A program made the position numbers and the translations under genes. From assembly GCA_000165345.1 (NCBI GenBank), contig CM000434.1:416001-480000 (forward strand): 64,000 nucleotides of DNA, in the 5' to 3' direction. Each line of letters starts with the position of its first letter. Position 1 is the first letter of the stretch. The notes below the pieces were generated by a model that worked only from the letters and a program-made list of their open reading frames with translations, was not told the DNA's origin and did not search any database. Positions 10,839 through 20,089 of this stretch are shown here, one piece after another.

Positions 10839-11630
10839 TTGTACTGCCGCATAGAATTAATTATGACTCAAATAATTAAGAATCAGAAAATTTCAAGGAA
10901 AAAATCAATAGCTATAAGTAGAAAGAATAAATATAAATGTTTAATTAAAGAAATTAGAAAGTCTAAAGACTTCTTTTTAAATCTGCTCCAAGACAAAAAT
11001 TTGATATACTTTAAGACAGAATTAACAAAAATATCAAATAGATCAAATCTTCACATTGCAAGAAGAAGTGATTTGTCCAGCACTCATATGGAAAATATAT
11101 TAAAAATTACGAGGGATAACATGAAAATTCTTTATGACGAAAATCCATGGGGCGATATTTGGAGTCAAGGTTGGGATGATCATTTGAAAATGAATGAATT
11201 ATGCCATAATTTGTCTAATTATATAATTATTTATGAAAGAAATACAGATAATGCTACTAATACTATAATGAGCACTGACTGCTCTTCAGATATAAGCTTC
11301 CACAATGACTTACGTACGGATATAAATATCTTGTCGTTTTTGAGCTTCCGCTTCGAGTTAGAGGATGAATTTGACTCATGTAATAAGCATATAATAGGAT
11401 ATATGTATGAATTGCAATCATTGGTTAAAGGGAAAGGTTATGGAAGACTTCTTATTGATTTGCTCCGTTTCATTTGTAATGAACTTCAGATATACAAAAT
11501 AATATGTACAGTATTAAGAAAGAATGTTGACGCAGTGAGATTTTATACTAAAAAGTGTGGCTTCGCTATTGACGAAACATCTCCAGAAAATGAGCCATAC
11601 ATCATTTTATCTACTAATACTTCAAAATAA
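10839..11630 (+). CDS. N-alpha-acetyltransferase 40 (NatD/Nat4-like histone H4/H2A N-terminal acetyltransferase), GNAT fold
   Basis: GNAT motif A KGKGYGRLLIDLL. Flanks resemble human NAA40: YDENPWGDIWSQGWDD vs YEQSEWGWKDREKREE; LSFRFELEDEFDSCNKHIIGYMYELQSLVKGKGYGRLLI...ICTVLRKNVDAVRFYTKKCGFAIDETSP vs [36 protein letters not shown]...[28 protein letters not shown]. Confidence 0.65.
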   Translation: MYCRIELIMTQIIKNQKISRKKSIAISRKNKYKCLIKEIRKSKDFFLNLLQDKNLIYFKTELTKISNRSNLHIARRSDLSSTHMENILKITRDNMKILYDENPWGDIWSQGWDDHLKMNELCHNLSNYIIIYERNTDNATNTIMSTDCSSDISFHNDLRTDINILSFLSFRFELEDEFDSCNKHIIGYMYELQSLVKGKGYGRLLIDLLRFICNELQIYKIICTVLRKNVDAVRFYTKKCGFAIDETSPENEPYIILSTNTSK

Positions 11631-11738
11631 TCTTATGCATGTAAAAAGACAATTAGGGCGCTTTCCCCCCTTCTTTTTGCAAGTTTAAATTAGTTCTCGT
11701 TCATATTTTGATTTTCGGAAATTATAAGACTTTGCTTA

Positions 11739-12413
11739 ATGGTGCAAAATTCGTTTGAACTATGTAAGACTTACAACCAGTTTAAACTTAAAAATCTTAC
11801 AGAATACTCGTATTGTACTCCTGATTTGTTAGAGCTCACTCAGTTTATTATATTTAACAGCAAGTCATCATTCGATACAATAAGTGAAGTGGTAGATGTA
11901 TTTAGTTTTTTTGATACTGTCAAGCGAATTTATTATTCGTGGCAAAAAAATCCTGTTGCATCAAGACAAGTCGATTATGATTTGTTGGCACTTTTGACTG
12001 TTTTCAGAGCATCAAATTGGCTGAACTCGAATCAACACAAAATTTTAGAAGAGTATATTACAGATTTGACGGATGGATATACAAATTGGGATGTACTTTT
12101 CCCCGTTCAAAATCTCCGTATTGCAGTTGAAAGAGCACTAAAGAGTCAAGTTACAGGGATTGTGCAAGGGAGAAATGGAGTCGAGGTATGGTTTAGAGAA
12201 GGGCATATTGGTTCTAATCAAGTTTCCGGGATGGTAATTTTATCTCCCTGTTACATTCAGATCAAAGATGTGATTGATGGAAGTATGTATACATATACTG
12301 GTGGCCCATTCCCCATGTCACCTCTAGACTTTGAGGACATTTTGATGAATTGCCCGAAATCGTGGGTTTATAATACATCTATATATTCATCCAATTCAGA
12401 CTCACAATTGTAA
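11739..12413 (+). CDS. Hypothetical protein, 224 aa, no recognisable domain
   Basis: Single ORF in a gene-sized gap between NAA40 and MAK16. Codon usage matches neighbours. No similarity recognised by eye. Confidence 0.4.
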   Translation: MVQNSFELCKTYNQFKLKNLTEYSYCTPDLLELTQFIIFNSKSSFDTISEVVDVFSFFDTVKRIYYSWQKNPVASRQVDYDLLALLTVFRASNWLNSNQHKILEEYITDLTDGYTNWDVLFPVQNLRIAVERALKSQVTGIVQGRNGVEVWFREGHIGSNQVSGMVILSPCYIQIKDVIDGSMYTYTGGPFPMSPLDFEDILMNCPKSWVYNTSIYSSNSDSQL

Positions 12414-12464
12414 AAAATTAGTAAGCTAAATCATAATTAAATATTAATCTAGTAAGTATTTAAA

Positions 12465-13302
12465 TTAACTAGTCATTTTAATATCTTCTTCTACTTCATA
12501 TTCGAGGTTAATTTTTTTCTTTTTTGAAAGAATTTCCCTCAACTCATGCTTATGCATCGCTTCAAGTTCATCTTCTGAGTCATCATCTATGCCCTCGATA
12601 TATTCGGCCAACTCATTTTCAAGAGAATCTCCATTACTAACTTCATCTTGAGTAACATTCTCAAGATTATCTAGTGTTTTCTCAAAATTATTAGTTGGAT
12701 AGTTGTATATTCCATCATACAATCCCTCTTTAAGTCTAAGTAATAACTCATTTTCAATTTCATTTTCAATCTTTGCCGCATTAAGTGCCTTATGCTCTCT
12801 TGACGCCTCTCTTCTTTCCGTTTTTTTCTTAATTGGTACAAGCTTGGGTCTTACGGTTAATGCCATCTTTCTTGCACGAATAAGAGTTTGTCTAATTCTA
12901 GTTAACCTATGTTTGCATTTTAGTATTTGATGCTCGGGATAAACATTCTTTAAATTATCATTTATTTGGGAGATTGCAACCAAAAAATTGTTACTAAGTT
13001 TAATTTTTTCCCAAAGATATCTAGGGGTATGAGCTCTCTCAGCAGTTTTCATATATAAATAGCAATCTCCTTCGTGTTCAATAACTGTTGCATATAGTAA
13101 ATTTGATAAGGGGCATGATGTACGATTGCATAGCCCTGTTACATTATATTCGTTTCTGCAAAAAGAGGTTTTGTCGCATCTAATAAATAAAACAAGAAAA
13201 GAGTAAAGTTCATTGATTATTTCGTTGTAATAAAACTTACTTTACTTTAAATGAGCAAAAATTATTGCTAACACTATTCCATATTAACTCAGGGTCGTTC
13301 AT
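12465..13302 (-). CDS. MAK16: MAK16 ribosome-biogenesis protein (Ribosomal_L28e/Mak16 family), 2 exons: 13302..13241 and 13179..12465, intron 13240..13180 (61 nt)
   Basis: The listed ORF 12465..13052 starts at a Met that aligns to the middle of yeast Mak16 (MKVIERAHFPRRLWERVRLS). The open frame continues upstream as [46 protein letters not shown]. A 62-nt first exon, MNDPELIWNSVSNNFCSFKVK (cf. [22 protein letters not shown]), is joined through a GTAAGT...TTATTAG intron. Total 777 nt, 258 aa. C-terminal acidic tail is typical of Mak16. Confidence 0.8.
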
Positions 13303-13446
13303 TTTTTAATAACTTTTTTTTTATTCAAAAGGTACAATTTGACTATAAAACTTTTACGCGCCAGCAATTCATCTTGTAAATCTTAGGAAATTTTTTTTTA
13401 GTGTATACCTAAAAATTACATTGGTTCATTTCATGATTGATTAATA

Positions 13447-14922
13447 ATGCATTTATATGGCTCTAATCATACTAAAAATGCCTTTTCTTTAGGAAATACA
13501 CGATCATTCGTCAAATCCATATTGGCTAACGATTATAGACTGGAATTTTTTTTGAACGATACCTACAGGCTAGACAATAAATATGTTCCGGGCGAATTAC
13601 GTGGAATAATTAATTGTGAGCGAATAAACATAGATGAAGAGCATTTGATGATTAATCACTCAGTATTTTCATTAAAAAAACACGTTTTTCTATTGTTAAA
13701 ATTAAAGATTGATAAAAAAAATAAAATAATTCAGTTATTTCCAATTGAAATTAAATATAGCCAAAACGAAAAAAATGAATATTCTTTAATTGAAGAATTG
13801 ATAGTTGAAAATAATATTGAGATTGCCGATCCTATTTCAATTCTCGAGAAAAATTTTGATTATTTTCATTTAAATGAAGCCCTTGAAAATTTATTCACGC
13901 CTAACTTAGACTCATTAATGGACTTCATATTTTTTATTTGGGCTGCAGATGATGAGTTTTGGGACAAAAATAAATTATGTGACATGGGAATATCAAAATG
14001 GTATGAAAGGCTAAGTAATTACAAATCCAAGGTTACAATAGATGGGATTTTATTTAACATTCCAGATTCATTAATACTTGAGTATTTCGAATTAGATGGC
14101 TTTGACATAAACTATGAAGCCCTATCAGAGAGCTCAAGGAAGTGCCTAGAAGATATTAATAAATCGATCAGAGAAAATACAGAGTTTTTTAGTATGGGCT
14201 TTTCACCAAAATTTACATGGTCAGCTCCTACAGACGCAACTTGGATCAATTCAAATAGAAGTATTTGTTGCAGGACTTTAGAAGAATTATTTATTCTTTT
14301 AAAAGCATCTACAAAAGTTTCTGAGGACATTGATAGAGCGAAAGAAGGAAATATAAGTAACGTATTATTGCTTAGAGAGTATGTACCAACACTAAATGAA
14401 ATGTTCGAATTTAGAGTGTTCATTGGGGGATGTAGCCTACATTCTGAATATAAAATTTTAGGTATAAGCCAAAGGCATATATGTTACTATTACAAAGAGC
14501 TTTCTGAAAACTTCAAATTGAGAACTGATATTAAATCTTGTATCATGGAATTTTTTCTGTATTCAAAAAAAGAATTGATTTTAGAATTATTCGACATTTT
14601 TAACAGTATGTGTATTGCATTTGATATATATATCTCAAATTATAAAGACAAATTATCAATTCTTATAATTGATGTACAACCTTTATTGCACGCTTCGCCC
14701 CTTTTATTCAATTTATTCGAACTCAAACTCAATTTATTGACTGAAGAAGGAACAGAGTTAGGTTTTGATATTCTAAGAACAACAGAGAATAATTCAACAA
14801 AAAACATGATTAATAATAGTTATCTAAAAGGTTTCGTTCCGGACGAACTTTTATCCGTTTCTAACTCCGACTTTTATAATAATGAAACTCTAGATAAACT
14901 AGAATGGATTGATTATAAATAG
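13447..14922 (+). CDS. CDC123: CDC123/D123 family protein (cell-division-cycle 123 homolog; eIF2 assembly factor)
   Basis: [39 protein letters not shown] aligns with human [76 protein letters not shown] aligns with [33 protein letters not shown]. 491 aa is longer than the roughly 340-aa norm (extensions). Confidence 0.7.
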   Translation: [491 protein letters not shown]

Positions 14923-14953
14923 GCACTTTCTAGACAATCTGTTTTAATTTAGA

Positions 14954-16672
14954 TTATTTACTATAATATATAGGATTCCACAGGTCAGGCGCAGAAACAA
15001 AATGTTCTTTGTAGAAATTATAATTTTTTTTAGGTATTTTGAACCCATAATTCAAGTAATCATTTATGGACTTGTCAAACTTAAAAAAAGATGAGCTCCT
15101 CCTAATAGAATTTTTTTCATTAATAAATGTTAGATTATTTTTTATGCCGGAATTACGTTGGTTTTTATCAAATTCATCAATAATTTCCTCTTGTATTATC
15201 TCTTCAATTATATCTTCAAGAGTTGCAATCCCAATTATTTCACAGTTTTCTGGCAAGGGTGTATTTGTCTTAGTTGAATATGTGTACTCATCAACATAAT
15301 TTGTGAGAATAGCAACATGGCAACGACCTTGCTGAAACATATTTAGAGCATCATAGGGGTTTGTATCTGGGGCAGTGAAAATTGGTTCTACAATATATCT
15401 ATTACAAGCTTTAGAGTCAAACAATGACTTTATTGTTATTGAGTCGTCTGGGTCAATAGTAATTAATGACTTAACTAAAAGCAATCCTTTAATATCGTGT
15501 CTATTTCCTGAATAAATGGGAATCCTAGAATGCCCTACTCTTAGTATGTCTTCCAAAAGCAAGTGATCTAGCTTTGAGTCGATGTGTAACATATATACTT
15601 TATCTAAAGGGACTGAAAGTTCAAGAAGGCTCTTATTTGCCATATCTAGTACGCCTTGAATAATTGTCACTTCATCATTCGCCAATCCACAATTTTCGAT
15701 TGTTTTAGATCCAAGCGGATTTTTACTTTCTATTCGCTTTTGGGAGCCAATAATAAATCTTTCATTGCTATCCAATAATGTTTGAAAAAATGAAGGGCTT
15801 AAATGCATTTTTTCAAAACTTTGAATTTTTCCTTTAATGTCATTATGCTGATTCTTTCCTGAATCATTTACTTGAACCTCTTCAATATAAATTTTTTTTT
15901 CAACTCGTCCGTCCATAATGTTTGGTACGACTGAAAGTAGAGATATAGGGGCATTATCAAATTCACCAGTTCTTCGATGTAACGCTATTAGTGCTTTGAG
16001 TTGGCCTCTTGCGTAGAAATTATTTGTCTTACCATTCTCCCCAATGAAATAATCCAGAAATTTACTAATTGGCCATGAAAAAACAAATAGACAAATGATG
16101 AGGCATCTAACAAAGGTTGCACAACTCGCTGCTATTCTAAGTTGGTGTTTACCTGTACAAATTGCTTGTGGTAGTATTTCACCAAAAATTAAGATTGCAG
16201 TGACTGAACAAATGACCGCAACCCAGCTTGGGATTATTCTATCAAGAAAAAGTGGAAGCGCTTCCATACAAATAGAGTTAGCAAGTAATAGGGTAACCAA
16301 TAATAGATGGTGCCTTTTTATAAGGTCGAGGGCAATACTTGCCCACCTTTTTTCGTGCTCGTTCCCTGCTTCAATTAATACGCGTAATTGAACGCTATCT
16401 AATGACATTAAACCCGTCGTTAAACCTGATAAAATTCCTCCAAAAAAAATTAGTGCTATGCTAAATAAAATACATAAATAGAATTCGATCGAACCCGTCT
16501 TATATTTGCTTTCACCTGCATCAGATACTAATTCATTGTCTGTTGAATTGCTAATTTGTAAAGCATCACACAAAATACAATGATCAGTTAATCCTAAAAT
16601 TGCCAGATAAATTATTGCAGAAATGAGTTTAGTAGATAAATACTGGCAACTTAATTTGGAACACCTCACCAT
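14954..16672 (-). CDS. CNNM/Mam3-type metal (Mg2+) transporter: DUF21 transmembrane domain plus CBS pair
   Basis: N-terminal DUF21 signature (ILSGLTTGLMSLDSVQLRVLIEAGNEHEKRWASIALDLIKRHHLLLVTLLLANSICMEALPLFLDRI...GEILPQAI) followed by a CBS-pair region (RIPIYSGNRHDIKGLLLVKSLI). Confidence 0.8.
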   Translation of the reverse strand: MVRCSKLSCQYLSTKLISAIIYLAILGLTDHCILCDALQISNSTDNELVSDAGESKYKTGSIEFYLCILFSIALIFFGGILSGLTTGLMSLDSVQLRVLIEAGNEHEKRWASIALDLIKRHHLLLVTLLLANSICMEALPLFLDRIIPSWVAVICSVTAILIFGEILPQAICTGKHQLRIAASCATFVRCLIICLFVFSWPISKFLDYFIGENGKTNNFYARGQLKALIALHRRTGEFDNAPISLLSVVPNIMDGRVEKKIYIEEVQVNDSGKNQHNDIKGKIQSFEKMHLSPSFFQTLLDSNERFIIGSQKRIESKNPLGSKTIENCGLANDEVTIIQGVLDMANKSLLELSVPLDKVYMLHIDSKLDHLLLEDILRVGHSRIPIYSGNRHDIKGLLLVKSLITIDPDDSITIKSLFDSKACNRYIVEPIFTAPDTNPYDALNMFQQGRCHVAILTNYVDEYTYSTKTNTPLPENCEIIGIATLEDIIEEIIQEEIIDEFDKNQRNSGIKNNLTFINEKNSIRRSSSFFKFDKSINDYLNYGFKIPKKNYNFYKEHFVSAPDLWNPIYYSK

Positions 16673-16861
16673 CCAAATGAGATGAAAATAATACTTTGAA
16701 AGTTTTAAATTTTAATCTTTTATTCTACTTATTTTAGTCTGTAAAATTTTTCCTCGATTTAATATAATTTATTCCAGTTATTTTCATGACAATTATTTTA
16801 TAAAACATTCAAGGCGCCTTAATGTTCAGATTTTTAAAAGATTTTTTCAACTATAAAATCA

Positions 16862-17738
16862 ATGGACCTTACACTATTAGAGTCAAGTATTGGAATGCCA
16901 AGTCTCCCAAATCAAACTTGTGATGATTTTATGTCCAGCTTAATTGAAATAGGAGACTTGGCATCCTGGTCCCTTTCTTCTGCTAAAGTATGTTTTTACT
17001 TGCACTTGAAAAAATAAAATACATTTCAGCCAGGAAATGGAATACAACAGTTGAGAGATAATAACTCAAGCACATTTTGGCAAAGCGATGGCCAAAGCCC
17101 ACACACAATCACGCTGAGATTTCCTAAAAAAACAAAAGTTTCGGTAATTGATCTATACCTTGCATACAAAATAGATGAAAGTTATACTCCCCAAATTATT
17201 TCTATTAGGTCTGGAAATCAAGAAAGCGATTTGGAGGAGTTGAAAGAAATGCAACTTACTGAACCAGATGGATGGGTAAGAATTCCTCTCTCCCCAAGGG
17301 AAATCGCGGATAATTTTTTTAAAGATGCAATGTAAGTAAATAATAGGTAATTCAAACAATTAATTGTTATTTTTAAGGCCTATACAAATCAAGACAATGT
17401 GCGATTCTCAAAATTATATTTCTGCATTCTGCATTCAGGTAAGAAACATCTTAGAAAATATGAACATACTTATTTATTTTAGATAGCAATACTTGCAAAT
17501 CATCAAACTGGAAGAGATACACATGTCAGGTATGTAAAGTGTGTTTATTTGAATTATTTAATATGCCTTGTTAGACAAATAAGAGTTTGGGGGCCAAGAG
17601 AAGTGAATGACAACGTTGTAGGAAAGTAAGTTAAAAATATAACTTAAAAGATTGACTAAACCTTTCAGAGTCCCAATTTCACAACCAATAAAAATGGGCA
17701 CGACGATTGATACAAGAATGTATCAGATTTTAAGATAA
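16862..17738 (+). CDS. APC10: Anaphase-promoting complex subunit 10 (APC10/DOC1), 6 exons: 16862..16987, 17030..17331, 17378..17438, 17483..17529, 17575..17625, 17669..17738
   Basis: DOC-domain signature: FWQSDGQSPHTITLRFPKKTKVSVIDLYLAYKIDESYTPQIISIRSGN vs human [48 protein letters not shown]. Exon 1 EIGDLASWSLSSAK = human EIGSQAVWSLSSCK. Exon 4 IAILANHQTGRDTHV = IAVLANHQNGRDTHM. Last exon MGTTIDTRMYQILR* = CTTIDFMMYRSIR*. Five introns of 42-46 nt with GTATGT/GTAAGT/GTAAGA donors and YAG acceptors; phases are consistent and total 657 nt (218 aa). The ORF track shows only exon 2 (17051..17335). Confidence 0.75.
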
Positions 17739-17924
17739 AATTGTAAAGTGCAAAATTAAAAAAAATTTATTAAATTAATTCGTAATTGACACGTAACCCA
17801 ACCATATAATCTTCCACATTAGAATAGGCAAAAAATTAAATGAACATGTTATTTTATGAATAATTCTCAAATATTTAGATATAGTATTAAGTACTAAATA
17901 ATAGGTTCTTAAACGTAACTAGAA

Positions 17925-18269
17925 ATGTTGAAAATATTAGGCTTTTTGATGGCATGCTTCCAGCAAAGCAATAACCAGTATTACAAAGATGATAAATTCA
18001 AAGATTGTAGCGATTCAAATTCGCTTGTGAAGTATACATCAATTGGAATAAAAATAATAGTATATTCAATTTCATGGATAATGGTGTTAATATGGGATGC
18101 TTATGAATATGGGATGGTTTTTTATGGGCTAATATTGAGTATTTATATCTTGAAATATTACTCAAAATACTCATGTTTAAGATGTGTATTTGAAGAGATT
18201 TTTAAAAAACAAATACTGAAACATATATTCCCAAAAAGTTTAAACAAAATAGTAGAATGGCAATCTTAA
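17925..18269 (+). CDS. Possible small hydrophobic protein (114 aa); may be spurious
   Basis: ORF with one or two predicted TM helices (IKIIVYSISWIMVLIWDAYEYGMVFYGLILSIYIL) lying between APC10 and SRP19. Its end is only 40 nt from the SRP19 ATG, so it would overlap the SRP19 promoter. No homology recognised. Confidence 0.2.
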   Translation: MLKILGFLMACFQQSNNQYYKDDKFKDCSDSNSLVKYTSIGIKIIVYSISWIMVLIWDAYEYGMVFYGLILSIYILKYYSKYSCLRCVFEEIFKKQILKHIFPKSLNKIVEWQS

Positions 18270-18308
18270 TACGCGCATTATTTAATTTGTTAGTAATTTG
18301 TTAATAAA

Positions 18309-18821
18309 ATGAACAAGGAACGAACACAAGCGGATCAAGATACTTCAAAGTGGAAGATTATTTACCCTTCATACTTAAATAGTAATAATACAAAGTCCAG
18401 TGGTAGATTATCTTCTCTAATTCATTGTGTAGAAGATCCAACTATTGCAGAAATAGCAGAAGTATGCATCCAATTGGGAATACCTTGTAAGGTTGAGAGC
18501 AAAAGATATTCAAAGGACTGCCGAACTCTTGGAAGAGTTAGGTTTCAACTTTTTGATGAAAGTGGGAGGGCTTTTAATGATAGAATTTTGACAAAAAAAA
18601 TTCTACTCAATCAAATTGGTATAATGATACCAAAATTAAAAAATAGACAAAATACTACATCATCTGTTATTGATCATGCGAATTCAAGAAATAATAAGGC
18701 AAATATTGATGACATTCATAATGAAAATAATTGCAAAATTAAGGAAACAGACTCGATAACTTATAGCGGTGTAAACATACATTCCAGCAATGCAAAGAGC
18801 AATTCAAAAAAAAAGAAATAA
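18309..18821 (+). CDS. SRP19: Signal recognition particle 19 kDa protein (SRP19)
   Basis: KWKIIYPSYLNSNNTKSSGRLSSLIHCVEDPTIAEIAEVCIQLGIPCKVE...GRVRFQLFDE...MIPKLK aligns with human SRP19 RFICIYPAYLNNKKTIAEGRRIPISKAVENPTATEIQDVCSAVGLNVFLE...GRVRVQLKQE...MIPKLK. Lys-rich C-terminus as in SRP19. Confidence 0.8.
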   Translation: MNKERTQADQDTSKWKIIYPSYLNSNNTKSSGRLSSLIHCVEDPTIAEIAEVCIQLGIPCKVESKRYSKDCRTLGRVRFQLFDESGRAFNDRILTKKILLNQIGIMIPKLKNRQNTTSSVIDHANSRNNKANIDDIHNENNCKIKETDSITYSGVNIHSSNAKSNSKKKK

Positions 18822-18938
18822 GTCAAGAAATTAAGTAGTATAAAAGAAATATTAAATATGAACAATTTTTATCTATAATTAAAAAAATTATATAACTGAA
18901 AAAAAATTCAAAAACATAGGCATAGAGGAAATAGCATC

Positions 18939-19820
18939 TTAATTGTAGTTTTTTTGAAATTGATCATAGCTTAAAATTGAAACCAAGAACTGCTGGTTCA
19001 TCAGATCTGTCTCATCTTTCTTGCCTGTTCCACAGAGTTGTTTTTTGTCTCCTTGCCAAATAATAGTATGCAAAGAATTAATAACGAGCTTTTCTTCTTC
19101 GTATTTTTGATATATTATAGTATTGCTATCAGGCGAAATATACCTAGTCGTAAGTAAAATTATGTAATCCCATTTGTAATACTCTCTTTCTTTATTTGGA
19201 ATATCAGTATATAAGTTATCTATCGTCCACTGTATATCGTCTTTTAAACAATTACAAAGGGCAGGAACTATTTCAAGGGGAGTATTTGGAAATCTTTCAT
19301 TAACCATCAATCCAACATTTTTCTCATATATAACGGAATTAAACAGATTTTCAAATTCTTTGTTGCGACTTTTCGAAATAACTCCACTTAAATAGTCAAC
19401 AATTTTATTTAAAGTTTCTTTGTATTGACGAAAGTTCAGAATTGTAGAAAATGCAATAATACTGTCAGAAATAGAAACTGTAGTTCCTATATTACCTTGA
19501 TTACAAATCAAATCAACAAATTCATGAAATTGAATGCCCTTAATTCGAGAATATTGCGACATTAGTAAAATGTTCTTTATGCTATGGTAATCATTTTCAT
19601 TAGGGTCGTTAAATTCAAATTCTCCATCAATAACAGATTCATTATCACTAGAGTCTGAATCAGTTCTTTTAGCTTTCTTTCCGTAAGATGGGCTTTCAGT
19701 TGCTGACAAAAAAATTTCTCCATCTATAGATTCATTGTTGAAGTTTAATTGGTTAGATTCATCATCAACTCGAATATGTTTTTTTGAGCTCATAATAAAT
19801 TTGATAATATGTATATTCAA
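18939..19820 (-). CDS. BCP1/BCCIP family protein
   Basis: Acidic Ser/Asp N-terminus followed by EFEFNDPNENDYHSIKNILLMSQY, ...GLMVNERFPNTPLEIVPALCNCLKDD and ...KWDYIILLTTRYIS, matching the BCCIP/Bcp1 fold hallmarks (DFEFFDP..DFH..K.LL.Q; GL.NER.IN.P..V.P). Real start may be the second Met (MSSKKH). Confidence 0.55.
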   Translation of the reverse strand: MNIHIIKFIMSSKKHIRVDDESNQLNFNNESIDGEIFLSATESPSYGKKAKRTDSDSSDNESVIDGEFEFNDPNENDYHSIKNILLMSQYSRIKGIQFHEFVDLICNQGNIGTTVSISDSIIAFSTILNFRQYKETLNKIVDYLSGVISKSRNKEFENLFNSVIYEKNVGLMVNERFPNTPLEIVPALCNCLKDDIQWTIDNLYTDIPNKEREYYKWDYIILLTTRYISPDSNTIIYQKYEEEKLVINSLHTIIWQGDKKQLCGTGKKDETDLMNQQFLVSILSYDQFQKNYN

Positions 19821-20046
19821 AAATCAGTTATTAATAAAGAAGAGCTATATCTATAATTTATTTCGAAATAAATTTAAATCAAAAAAGACTAAACAACTAA
19901 CCGCGCCTTCTTTGATATACTTTGAAAAGTAATTTTGACCAAAAACTTAATTGAATTATCAAAACTAACGATATAAATTAACATTATGTTGTGTAGATAA
20001 TAATTTAACACAAGAATAATTGCAAGTTAAAAAAGAGCAAACGTTG

Positions 20047-20057
20047 TTGGCGCGAAA
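20047..20057 (+). promoter_or_regulatory. Canonical E2F site TTGGCGCGAAA in the BCCIP/basic-protein divergent promoter
   Basis: Perfect match to the TTTSGCGCGAAA-type E2F consensus, 33-43 nt upstream of the ATG at 20090. Similar GC boxes occur upstream of other genes in this window, e.g. 7861..7870 (GCGCCAAAA, 27 nt upstream of the DEAD-box ATG on the minus strand) and 59766..59774 (TGGCGCAAA, 18 nt upstream of the AMPK-beta ATG). Confidence 0.4.
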
Positions 20058-20089
20058 TCAACAGATTTATTTAGCAAAATCATTTTAAA

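Noticed and set aside
17153-17359. 68-aa minus-strand ORF
   Set aside because: Antisense to APC10 exon 2.
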